Made by a program: the position numbers and the translations under genes | In this document: one piece after another, positions 9,448-17,459 of the stretch | How the letters are laid out: each line of letters begins with the position of its first letter | Position numbering within the stretch: the stretch's first letter is position 1 | Notes under the pieces: model-generated | Databases searched by the model: none | What the model saw: only the letters and a program-made list of their open reading frames with translations | What the model was told of the DNA's origin: nothing | Assembly: GCA_943359395.1 (NCBI GenBank) | Contig: CALRHH010000001.1 | Span: 20,121-84,120 of the forward strand | Reading direction: 5' to 3' | Source: Candidatus Nomurabacteria bacterium | GTDB lineage: Bacteria; Patescibacteriota; Minisyncoccia; Phycocordibacterales; UBA2100 | DNA length: 64,000 nucleotides

Positions 9448-10242
9448 ATGAGCGATTACTACAAGCCGGACAGAGGACCGAAATGGAATTACGGAGGCGA
9501 GAGCTGGAAGTTATCGCGTTCTAAAATAAGTTTGTTTCTGGAGTGTCCCCGGTGTTTTTATATAGACAATAAACTTGGCACAAAACGCCCCCCAGGCTTT
9601 CCTTTTAACCTCAACAGTGCCGTTGATTCACTATTGAAAAAGGAGTTCGACGTTCATCGTGCAGACGCAACGTCGCACCCGCTCATGAGTCAATACGGAG
9701 TCGATGCTGTGCCCTTTGCAGACGACCGCATGGACGCGTGGCGAGACGCACTGAAGCGAGGTGTTGAGTACACGCATACCGAGACAGGTTTTAGGATGAG
9801 TGGCGCAATCGATGATATCTGGGTTCGCCCCAACGGCGAATTGATAGTTGTAGACTATAAGGCCACCAGCAAGGATGGAAAAATTACTGAGCTGGACCAG
9901 GAGTGGCATACTGGGTACAAGCGCCAGTTGGAGGTCTATCAGTGGCTCCTGCGCAGAAACGGATTCAGTGTATCGAACACGGGGTACTGGGTGTATGCCA
10001 ATGCACATACGGATAGAAAAGCTTTTGATGGCCAGTTGGAATTTGAGGTTACGCTCGTCCCACACGAAGGCGATGATTCGTGGGTAGAGGGGACATTGTA
10101 CGATATAAAAAAATGTCTCGACAGCGAAGATATCCCCGCAGCGGCTCAGGATTGCGACTACTGTAGATATCGTGAGTATGCAGGAAAGAAACTGCAGGCG
10201 CTCGCCAAAAAGAAAAAAGAAACTAAATCGTTGGGGATATGA
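9448..10242 (+). CDS. PD-(D/E)XK nuclease, Cas4/RecB-like, with a predicted Fe-S cluster; not CRISPR-associated
   Basis: Nuclease motif D-x-EL(I/V)D-x-K in DDIWVRPNGELIVVDYKATSK. Cysteines at the N-terminus (CPRC) and C-terminus (C...CDYC) are arranged like the Cas4/AddB 4Fe-4S ligands. Confidence 0.7.
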   Translation: MSDYYKPDRGPKWNYGGESWKLSRSKISLFLECPRCFYIDNKLGTKRPPGFPFNLNSAVDSLLKKEFDVHRADATSHPLMSQYGVDAVPFADDRMDAWRDALKRGVEYTHTETGFRMSGAIDDIWVRPNGELIVVDYKATSKDGKITELDQEWHTGYKRQLEVYQWLLRRNGFSVSNTGYWVYANAHTDRKAFDGQLEFEVTLVPHEGDDSWVEGTLYDIKKCLDSEDIPAAAQDCDYCRYREYAGKKLQALAKKKKETKSLGI

Positions 10243-10305
10243 ACCCCGTTAGAAGCTTCGGGAAAAGGATTGTGATTCATACCATTGGCTTTTATACAAA
10301 AGAGT

Positions 10306-10575
10306 ATGGCTTCTAACGGGGTGAAGACCTTTACGGAGAAAGTCCGTGATATCGTGCGGAAAATCCCGAAAGGCACGTCGATGACCTACAAGGAAGTGGC
10401 GACCAAAGCGGGCAATCCGAAAGCCGCGCGCGGCGTCGGCGCCATCATGCGCTCGAGTTACAATCGCGACATTCCGTGTCATCGCGTCGTTAAATCAGAT
10501 GGTTCACTCGGAAGTTACAATCGCGGAGGCACTTCGCGCAAGAGGAAGCTCCTCGTCCAAGAAGGGGCGCTCTAG
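10306..10575 (+). CDS. methylated-DNA-[protein]-cysteine methyltransferase DNA-binding domain protein (YbaZ/Atl-like, 89 aa)
   Basis: HTH followed by the IPCHRVV active-site motif of O6-alkylguanine-DNA alkyltransferases. It lacks the N-terminal domain. A TATACA -10 box lies 7 nt upstream of this ATG; the six-frame ORF starts earlier at 10285. Confidence 0.7.
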   Translation: MASNGVKTFTEKVRDIVRKIPKGTSMTYKEVATKAGNPKAARGVGAIMRSSYNRDIPCHRVVKSDGSLGSYNRGGTSRKRKLLVQEGAL

Positions 10576-12011
10576 AGGTTGGGAGAAAAAAGGATATTCT
10601 TGAACTGCCACGGGTCTTTCTTGTCGACGTCTTCGACGAAAAGGTTCTGACGGTCTTTGAGCGGAGTCCAATCAGTGTAGCTGCCTGTCATGGTTCCGAG
10701 ATACGGCTCCATGACTTCCATGATGCGTTCGTAGTCCATTTCGTCAGCTTCGACGACTCCCTCATTCGGGTTCTCTATCGTCCACACCATCGCGCCCAAG
10801 ACGCCGACCGTCACCTGCAAGCCCGTCGCGTTCTGATACGGAGCAAGCTTTCGTGTCTCTTCGATGGTCAACTGCGAGCCGTACCAGTACGCGCCTTTCT
10901 TGTGCCCCATGAGAAGCACTCCGAGCTCGTCCATGCCGGTCTTGATGTCGTCCATGAGTATATATTGCTCCTTCTGAAGCTGCGAATTATTGCCGAAGCA
11001 CTCCTCAATAGAGAGAATGGATGCATCGCACGAACGATACGCGTAGTGCACGGTTGGGCGAAAGACCGCCTTTTTGCCCTTGCGGACGGTGTAATAATCC
11101 GCGATAGAAACGGATTCGTTGTGCGTGACGGCACGGCCGAGGAACGGTCCGTGCTTAGGCGTCCAAGTGCGCACCAAGGTCTTTGCACCCGGCTGGTCGA
11201 GGTAGATGGCGGCGTCGCAGCCATGCGGATGCCGGTGTCCGTTTTTGGGGAAGTACTTCTCATGCGTGCCCCAACCCATTTCACATGGCTGACAGATGCC
11301 TTCGGAATGGAAGCCGACGACGGACCACGTATTCTCGAAACGGCCTACCTTTTTCGGCTTGTCGGATACCTGAGAGTCGTACTCCGCGATGTGAACAGTT
11401 TTCACGCCAAGCTTGCTCATGAGGCCGGCCCACTCCTCGCGAGTCTGCGGCTTTTTGGCTTTGACGCCCGTATCGCGGGCGATATGCATAAGGGCTCGCT
11501 TCAAGAAGTGCGAAACGATGCCAGGATTCGCGCCGTGTGTGGAAACTGCCGTCGGTCCCTTGCCGAATTTTTTCTTCGTCGCGAGCATGGTCTCACGCAG
11601 ACCGTAGTTGGAGCGCTGTGTAGTAGAGAGCTTGGGATCGGTGTATCCGCCAAGCCACGGCTCCACGACGGTGTCGAGATACAGTATGTCGCGTTTGTTG
11701 CAGTACTCCATGAGCGCCACAGACGAGACGTCTACCGAGAGGTTCAAAAGGAAGTCTCCCTTGTCGAGATATTTGTCGAGGACTTTCTTGTAGTTGCCCC
11801 GCTTGAGCGGCTCTATTAAAAAAGGGATGCCTTCGATGCGCGCGACATCGCGGCCGAGTTCATCCGCCGTGATGATGCGGATATTCTTTCTGTCCATTCC
11901 GATATGACGCAAGATGAGAGGGAGTACACCCTGTCCGATAGAGCCGAAACCAACGATGAGCAACTTGCCACCAAACTGTACGTGAACGGAATATTTACTT
12001 TTTTTCTTCAT
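10572..12011 (-). CDS. hss: homospermidine synthase (bacterial type, EC 2.5.1.44)
   Basis: 479 aa. N-terminal Rossmann motif (IVGFGSIGQG) plus NLSVDVSS, DTVVEPW, NATGLQV and a C-terminal DPWQF. These are the motifs I recall for bacterial homospermidine synthases. The assignment is from memory of the family and was not searched. Confidence 0.7.
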   Translation of the reverse strand: MKKKSKYSVHVQFGGKLLIVGFGSIGQGVLPLILRHIGMDRKNIRIITADELGRDVARIEGIPFLIEPLKRGNYKKVLDKYLDKGDFLLNLSVDVSSVALMEYCNKRDILYLDTVVEPWLGGYTDPKLSTTQRSNYGLRETMLATKKKFGKGPTAVSTHGANPGIVSHFLKRALMHIARDTGVKAKKPQTREEWAGLMSKLGVKTVHIAEYDSQVSDKPKKVGRFENTWSVVGFHSEGICQPCEMGWGTHEKYFPKNGHRHPHGCDAAIYLDQPGAKTLVRTWTPKHGPFLGRAVTHNESVSIADYYTVRKGKKAVFRPTVHYAYRSCDASILSIEECFGNNSQLQKEQYILMDDIKTGMDELGVLLMGHKKGAYWYGSQLTIEETRKLAPYQNATGLQVTVGVLGAMVWTIENPNEGVVEADEMDYERIMEVMEPYLGTMTGSYTDWTPLKDRQNLFVEDVDKKDPWQFKNILFSPNL

Positions 12012-12039
12012 TCGACCGATGTTACCTTGATATATAAAA

Positions 12040-12116
12040 AAGTCTATACCCCGTGAGATAGAAACGGTCTACGTCGATAACAAAAAACAATTGATTTTAT
12101 CTCACGGGGTATACTT
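12040..12116. repeat. inverted-repeat element, copy B: arms GTCTATACCCCGTGAGATAG and TTATCTCACGGGGTATACT in the divergent hss/ung intergenic region
   Basis: Same terminal arms as copy A but a different internal sequence of about 40 nt. The right arm ends 6 nt before the ung ATG. The left arm, read on the minus strand, faces hss. Confidence 0.6.
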
Positions 12117-12121
12117 GGCAA

Positions 12122-12802
12122 ATGGGGGATAAAGAGGGGAATGTAAAGATAGAAGCCTCGTGGAAGAAAGTCTTGCAAGATGAGTTCGGCAAAGAGTATT
12201 TCACCAAGCTGCGGGAATTCGTGAAAGGGGAGTATCAGCACGCCATCGTGTATCCCGCGCCCAAGAATATTTTCCGCGCCTTCGACCTTTGTCCGTTCGA
12301 CAAAATAGAGGTGGTAATCCTCGGCCAAGACCCGTACCACGGTCCCAATCAAGCCAACGGCCTCTGCTTTGCGGTGAGCGAAGGCGTGCCTTTGCCTCCG
12401 TCGCTCCAAAATATATTTAAGGAATTGGCGACCGACATTGGACTCGTGAAAAACAAAACAGGGGACTTGGAGCGCTGGGCCAAGCAAGGCGTGCTGCTTT
12501 TGAACGCGACTCTCACCGTGCGCGCACGCACTGCAGGCTCACATCAAGGGAAAGGCTGGGAAGAATTCACCGACGCGGTCATCCGCAAACTTTCGGAAGA
12601 GCGCGAGAACCTCGTATTTATCCTCTGGGGCAATTACGCCAAATCCAAAGGCGCACACATCGACCGCACCAAGCATTTGGTAATCGAATCCGCTCACCCG
12701 TCCCCATTTTCAGCTGCGAATGGCTTCTTCGGCTCCAAACCCTTCAGCAAAACTAACGACTACCTGGCGGCCCATAACAAAAAACCGATCGATTGGCTTT
12801 AG
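12122..12802 (+). CDS. ung: uracil-DNA glycosylase (family 1)
   Basis: Hallmark motifs VVILGQDPYHGPNQANGLCFAV, LLLNATLTV and HPSPFSA. Confidence 0.95.
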   Translation: MGDKEGNVKIEASWKKVLQDEFGKEYFTKLREFVKGEYQHAIVYPAPKNIFRAFDLCPFDKIEVVILGQDPYHGPNQANGLCFAVSEGVPLPPSLQNIFKELATDIGLVKNKTGDLERWAKQGVLLLNATLTVRARTAGSHQGKGWEEFTDAVIRKLSEERENLVFILWGNYAKSKGAHIDRTKHLVIESAHPSPFSAANGFFGSKPFSKTNDYLAAHNKKPIDWL

Positions 12803-12879
12803 GAGTACGACGCGCCGCGGTTTTGTTATACAGACGATACTTGTTTATCTGATCCGACCGGACAAATTAAACAAGGGAG

Positions 12880-14151
12880 TTAGACTCGCAAGAGAGGATT
12901 AAGTTTTTCCTTGTGCAAATGTGGGCCGATGATGGCTAAATTGAGCTTTTCGGTCTTTAGTATTTCTCTTGCCACGCGCTGCACGTCCTCTGTCGTCACC
13001 GCGTCAATTCCTTTGATTACCTCCTCAAGCGGACGTACGCGACCGAGCGTGATGAGTGAGCTGGCTGCATGCTGGGCTACCGAATCGCTCGTTTCGAGAG
13101 CGAGCGTCATCGTACCCTTCATGTAGGACTTCGCTTTCTTGAGTTCAGTCGCTGACACTTTGACACGCTTTATTTTGCGGAATTCGGCGAGGATAGTCTC
13201 GACGGCTTTTTCCAACTTGCCGTGTTCTACTCCCGCCTGAACGATAAAGGAACCTGTATCGGGATACTTATCGACAGATGCGTGTACTGAGTAGGCGAGC
13301 CCGCGCTTTTCGCGGACTTCCATGAAGAGCCTGCTGCTCATACCGCCGCCGAGGATGGTCGAGAGGACGCTGAGTGCGTATTCATCTTTGTGCAAATAGG
13401 GAAATGCTGTGACACCGAGCATAAGCTGTGTCTGGTCGGTCTTCTTTTCCTTGATAGAGACGCGGGAGGAGGATTGCTCGGAAGAAAAAGTGATGTAATC
13501 GGGAGGATTGCCGTGAGGAAGCCTGCCGAAGTTCTTTGTAATCTTGACGAGTACTTTTTCAGAAGAAAACGAGCCTGAGATACAGACGATGGTATTGAGG
13601 GGTGTGTAGTTGCGCTTGAGGTACCCAGCGAATTCTTTGCGATTAAACGCGCGAATATTTTCCTTTGGCCCCAAAATCGTGCGGCCGAGCGGGTGCGTCT
13701 TGCCGTAAATGAGCGCATCGAAGACGTTGTCTATCGTGTGAATCGGCATGTCCTCATACATATCTATTTCCTGAATGATTGCTCCGCGCTCTTTTGTAAT
13801 TTCCTTCTGAGGCAGCGTCGAATTGAGAAAGATGTCGCTTATGACATCGAGCGCGGTGTCCACGTAGCGCCCGCTCACTTTGGCATAGTAGGCGGTACGA
13901 TCTTTTGCGGTAAACGCGTTGTAAATACTCCCCACCGCATCGAGTTCTTCGCTGATTACGCGAGCGCTTTTTCTTTTCTTGGTACCCTTGAAAAACATGT
14001 GCTCGAGGAAGTGCGCGAGCCCGTTCTCCTTTTCATTCTCATAGCGCGAGCCTGTGCCCGTCATCACGACCACTGTGGCAGTTGGCGTTTGTGGCATTGC
14101 GACGAGGACTACTCGCAAGCCATTTTTGAGTGTGTGGATATCGTACTTCAT
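12880..14151 (-). CDS. M16 family zinc peptidase (insulinase/pitrilysin-like)
   Basis: Inverted zinc-binding motif HFLEHM (HxxEH) near the N-terminus and a two-domain M16 architecture. 423 aa. Confidence 0.85.
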   Translation of the reverse strand: MKYDIHTLKNGLRVVLVAMPQTPTATVVVMTGTGSRYENEKENGLAHFLEHMFFKGTKKRKSARVISEELDAVGSIYNAFTAKDRTAYYAKVSGRYVDTALDVISDIFLNSTLPQKEITKERGAIIQEIDMYEDMPIHTIDNVFDALIYGKTHPLGRTILGPKENIRAFNRKEFAGYLKRNYTPLNTIVCISGSFSSEKVLVKITKNFGRLPHGNPPDYITFSSEQSSSRVSIKEKKTDQTQLMLGVTAFPYLHKDEYALSVLSTILGGGMSSRLFMEVREKRGLAYSVHASVDKYPDTGSFIVQAGVEHGKLEKAVETILAEFRKIKRVKVSATELKKAKSYMKGTMTLALETSDSVAQHAASSLITLGRVRPLEEVIKGIDAVTTEDVQRVAREILKTEKLNLAIIGPHLHKEKLNPLLRV

Positions 14152-14236
14152 TGTCCGCGCATAGTATCCTCTTGCCTCTGTTCCAGCAACGGATATAAGC
14201 TATACTCGCTTCGCTCGTTTAGCTCGCGCTCCCTCA

Positions 14237-14260
14237 GAAGCGAGAACAAGCTCTCGCTTC
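14237..14260. promoter_or_regulatory. 9-bp hairpin (GAAGCGAGA-acaagc-TCTCGCTTC) in the divergent M16-peptidase/alaS intergenic region
   Basis: Exact inverted repeat read from the sequence. No T-box or other known leader motif was recognised. Confidence 0.3.
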
Positions 14261-14290
14261 ACTCGGCTCGCTAAGTTATAATCTTTCCTT

Positions 14291-16207
14291 ATGACCATCA
14301 ACGAGATACGGACGAAGTACCTCGAATTCTTCAAGGCGAACGGGCACACCATCATTCCGTCTGCTCCCATAGTCCCGCAGAATGACCCGACGACGCTTTT
14401 TACGGGAAGTGGTATGCAGCCGCTCGTGCCGTATCTCCTCGGCGAACCACACCCACAAGGTAGTCGTTTGGTGAATAGTCAGAAGAGCTTTCGAGCGGAA
14501 GATATCGAAGAGGTGGGTGACAATCGACATACGACATTCTTTGAGATGCTCGGAAATTGGTCGCTCGGTGATTACTTTAAAGAAGAGCAGCTCCCGTTTT
14601 TCTTCAAATTCTTGACTGAAGAAATCGGTCTCGACCCGAAGAATCTATATGTAACCGCATTCATCGGCGATGAAAAAAATAATGTCCCGCAAGACGTCGA
14701 ATCGGCTACTATCTGGACAAAGCTTTTTTCAGAAAAAGGCATTGACGCCAAGGTCGTGTCTATCGGCTCTGAGGCCGACGGATACCGTCTCGGTATGCAG
14801 GGTGGTCGCATCTTTTTCTATGATGCGAAGAAAAATTGGTGGAGCAGAGCGGGAATTCCTGAAAACATGCCTGCGGGTGAGCCGGGAGGCCCTGATTCCG
14901 AGGTTTTCTACGACTTTGGTACACTGCATGACGTCAAGTTTGGTGCGGAATGTCATCCGAATTGTGATTGTGGACGCTTCCTTGAGATAGGAAACTCTGT
15001 GTTTATGCAGTACATCAAAAAGGAGGATGGTTCTTTTGCCCTACTCCCCAAACAAAACGTCGATTTCGGCGGAGGGCTCGAGCGCATTGCGGCGGCGGCG
15101 CAAGGAAACCCCGATGTCTTTGCCATCGACGTCTTTGCAGATACCATCGGCCTCCTCATTCATTTTTCGGGAAAAGAATACTTAGATAGTCGTTACCAAC
15201 GCTCCTTCCGCATCGTCGCCGACCATATGCGGGCGGCAATGTTTATGCTCGAAGCGGGAGTGCGGCCGAGCAATACAGAGCGCGGATACATACTTCGTCG
15301 CCTCATCCGGCGTGCAGCACAACATGCGCAGAAGTTGGGAGTGGAGCACGGACAAGGGACAGACAGTATGCTCGTAAAATGCGCTTCAATATTTATTGAG
15401 AAATACAAACAAGCTTATCCTGAGCTTCAAGGTGACGATGTGTACCGGCAGATAACTGAAGAAATTTGGAAGGAAGAGAGGCAATTTGCGCACACACTCG
15501 AAGCGGGGATGAAAGAATTTGAGAAAATTGCCGCGACAGGTCACATCGAGGCACAGGAAGCGTACACCCTTTTCACGACTCACGGCTTTCCGTTTGAAAT
15601 GACGCTCGAGCTTGCCAAGGAGCGCGGACTTGATGTGGATTCCGAAGGTTTCAAAAAAGAAATGGACAAACATCGCGCCATGTCACGCGCTGGAAGTGAG
15701 CAGAAGTTTAAGGGAGGACTTGCAGACCAATCCGAGAAAACAACACGTTTGCACACAGCCCACCATCTGTTGCTCAAGGCACTCCAGATGGTACTTGGAC
15801 CGATGGTGAAACAGCGAGGAAGTAACATTACTCAAGAGCGTCTGCGAATCGATTTTTCATACGGAAGCAAGATGACACCTGAGCAGAAAATAGAAGTCGA
15901 GCGCATCGTTAATAAAAAAATACAAGAACACCTTCCTATGATTCGCTCTACACTTCCTAAAGAAGAGGCGGAGCAGCTAGGCGCAGAGCACGAATTCGGC
16001 GCGAGGTATCCCGACATGGTTTCCGTGTATTCTCTCGGGCCGAAGAATGCCACGGCTGAAAATCCGCAATTCGACGAAGCCTTCTCTATAGAATTTTGCG
16101 GCGGTCCGCACGTTGCGAATACATCAGAGCTTGCGGGTACGTTTAAAATACAAAAAGAGGAAGCGGTAGCCGCAGGAATCCGTCGTATAAAAGCTGTCAT
16201 AGTCTGA
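14291..16207 (+). CDS. alaS: alanyl-tRNA synthetase, short form lacking the C-terminal C-Ala/DHHA1 domain
   Basis: Class II catalytic core (FTGSGMQPL, FFEMLGNWSLGDYF) and an editing domain with HxxxH (HTAHHLL) and CxxxH (CGGPHV) zinc motifs. It ends at 638 aa against about 870 in typical bacteria, with no downstream fragment. Confidence 0.9.
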   Translation: MTINEIRTKYLEFFKANGHTIIPSAPIVPQNDPTTLFTGSGMQPLVPYLLGEPHPQGSRLVNSQKSFRAEDIEEVGDNRHTTFFEMLGNWSLGDYFKEEQLPFFFKFLTEEIGLDPKNLYVTAFIGDEKNNVPQDVESATIWTKLFSEKGIDAKVVSIGSEADGYRLGMQGGRIFFYDAKKNWWSRAGIPENMPAGEPGGPDSEVFYDFGTLHDVKFGAECHPNCDCGRFLEIGNSVFMQYIKKEDGSFALLPKQNVDFGGGLERIAAAAQGNPDVFAIDVFADTIGLLIHFSGKEYLDSRYQRSFRIVADHMRAAMFMLEAGVRPSNTERGYILRRLIRRAAQHAQKLGVEHGQGTDSMLVKCASIFIEKYKQAYPELQGDDVYRQITEEIWKEERQFAHTLEAGMKEFEKIAATGHIEAQEAYTLFTTHGFPFEMTLELAKERGLDVDSEGFKKEMDKHRAMSRAGSEQKFKGGLADQSEKTTRLHTAHHLLLKALQMVLGPMVKQRGSNITQERLRIDFSYGSKMTPEQKIEVERIVNKKIQEHLPMIRSTLPKEEAEQLGAEHEFGARYPDMVSVYSLGPKNATAENPQFDEAFSIEFCGGPHVANTSELAGTFKIQKEEAVAAGIRRIKAVIV

Positions 16208-16268
16208 TTACTCACAGATAAATTGTCCATCTGGCTTACTCGCCCTGAATGCGCGATATACTTACGCG

Positions 16269-17429
16269 ATGTTTCGCATTCATCTCGGGCGGACGCGCGA
16301 GAAAATTTTTGCCGTCGCGGATATCGGAAGCGGAAGCGCCGCTCTCGCCGTTGTCGCGGTGCCCCCAAAAGGGCCAGCACGGGTACTTGTAGCCGAACGA
16401 AGTTTCCTACCGATGGAGGAAAGAACCCCGGAGGCCATTGCTACTGCTCTCGGTACGCACCTCATCGAAGTGGGAAAGAAAGTGCTTGACTCTCACTCTA
16501 AAAAAGGAGGTTCGCAGCCTCAGTCTGTGTATGCTGTTGTACGTGCGCCTTGGACGCATTCTAAAACAGTCGAGGCAAAGACCTCTTTTCCTAAGTCCGC
16601 TCGAATTACGGCACAGATGATAGGGAAGCTCGCCCAGCAGGCCCTCGCGAGCGATACGGAATTCGAGAAGGCAAACATCCTCGAAGCAGGGGTGATGCGG
16701 GTAGAGGTGAACGGCTACCCGACAAACGAGCCTGAAGATGCCTTGGGGCATTCACTCTCTGTTGCTGTCATTATCAGCGATTGTCAGCCGGGTTTCCGGG
16801 CATCGCTTACGCACGCTTTTCAAGAGTTGTTTGGAGGTCGGAAAATTTCTATGCGCTCAGGAGTACACGCGATACTCTCGGCGTTACGCAGTAAAGCAAA
16901 GACGGCTCACAGGGATTTTCTCGTCGTGGATATGGCGAGCGAGGGGACTAATTTCATCGTCATACGTGACGGCATTACAACTGACCATGCGACTATTCCC
17001 GAAGGCAAGAACTCTCTTTTAAAGCGAATTGGCGGTAGCGGTATGCCTGACAATACCCTGACGATGTTACGACTCTTGGCACGAGGTGAGTGTCATGACC
17101 CCGCATGTGAAGCGGTAAACGCCGCTATCGCAAAAACAGAGCCTGAGTTGGTACGTACTTTCGGTGAGGTGATAGCCAAGCTCGTAGTCCGTCAACGCCT
17201 CCCCAACCGCCTCATACTCGCATCGCACGGTGACCTCGTTCCGTGGCTTACCTCGTTTTTCTCTCGCATCGACTTTGCTCAATTCACGACGACGACGCAA
17301 CCTTTCTCCGTTACACCTCTCAAATCTGTCGACTTTGCGCATCTCGCTCTCCCAGAAACAGATGTTCAGGCTGATACTGGAATATTGATAGCTGCGGCAC
17401 TTGTTAACATCGAAGAAGGGCAAGCCTGA
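16269..17429 (+). CDS. actin-like ATPase domain protein (FtsA/PilM-like)
   Basis: Phosphate-1 motif AVADIGSGSAALAVV at the N-terminus and phosphate-2-like VVDMASEGTNFIVIRDG, similar to the FtsA/PilM layout. A TATACT -10 box lies 7 nt upstream of the ATG. Confidence 0.5.
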   Translation: MFRIHLGRTREKIFAVADIGSGSAALAVVAVPPKGPARVLVAERSFLPMEERTPEAIATALGTHLIEVGKKVLDSHSKKGGSQPQSVYAVVRAPWTHSKTVEAKTSFPKSARITAQMIGKLAQQALASDTEFEKANILEAGVMRVEVNGYPTNEPEDALGHSLSVAVIISDCQPGFRASLTHAFQELFGGRKISMRSGVHAILSALRSKAKTAHRDFLVVDMASEGTNFIVIRDGITTDHATIPEGKNSLLKRIGGSGMPDNTLTMLRLLARGECHDPACEAVNAAIAKTEPELVRTFGEVIAKLVVRQRLPNRLILASHGDLVPWLTSFFSRIDFAQFTTTTQPFSVTPLKSVDFAHLALPETDVQADTGILIAAALVNIEEGQA

Positions 17430-17459
17430 TACAGTGATGTAGAATAGACCAATCACACT

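Noticed and set aside
9365-12116. The paired inverted repeats as a MITE or IS remnant.
   Set aside because: There are no target-site duplications and no transposase. The arms are always placed so that a TATACT hexamer sits 6 nt from a start codon, and one arm alone occurs at gltX. A promoter or operator function is more parsimonious.
14152-14290. T-box leader upstream of alaS, and a lysine riboswitch upstream of lysC at 35317-35464.
   Set aside because: Neither the T-box consensus (AATTAGGGTGGNACCGCG-like) nor L-box conserved segments are present. Only simple hairpins and a terminator are seen.
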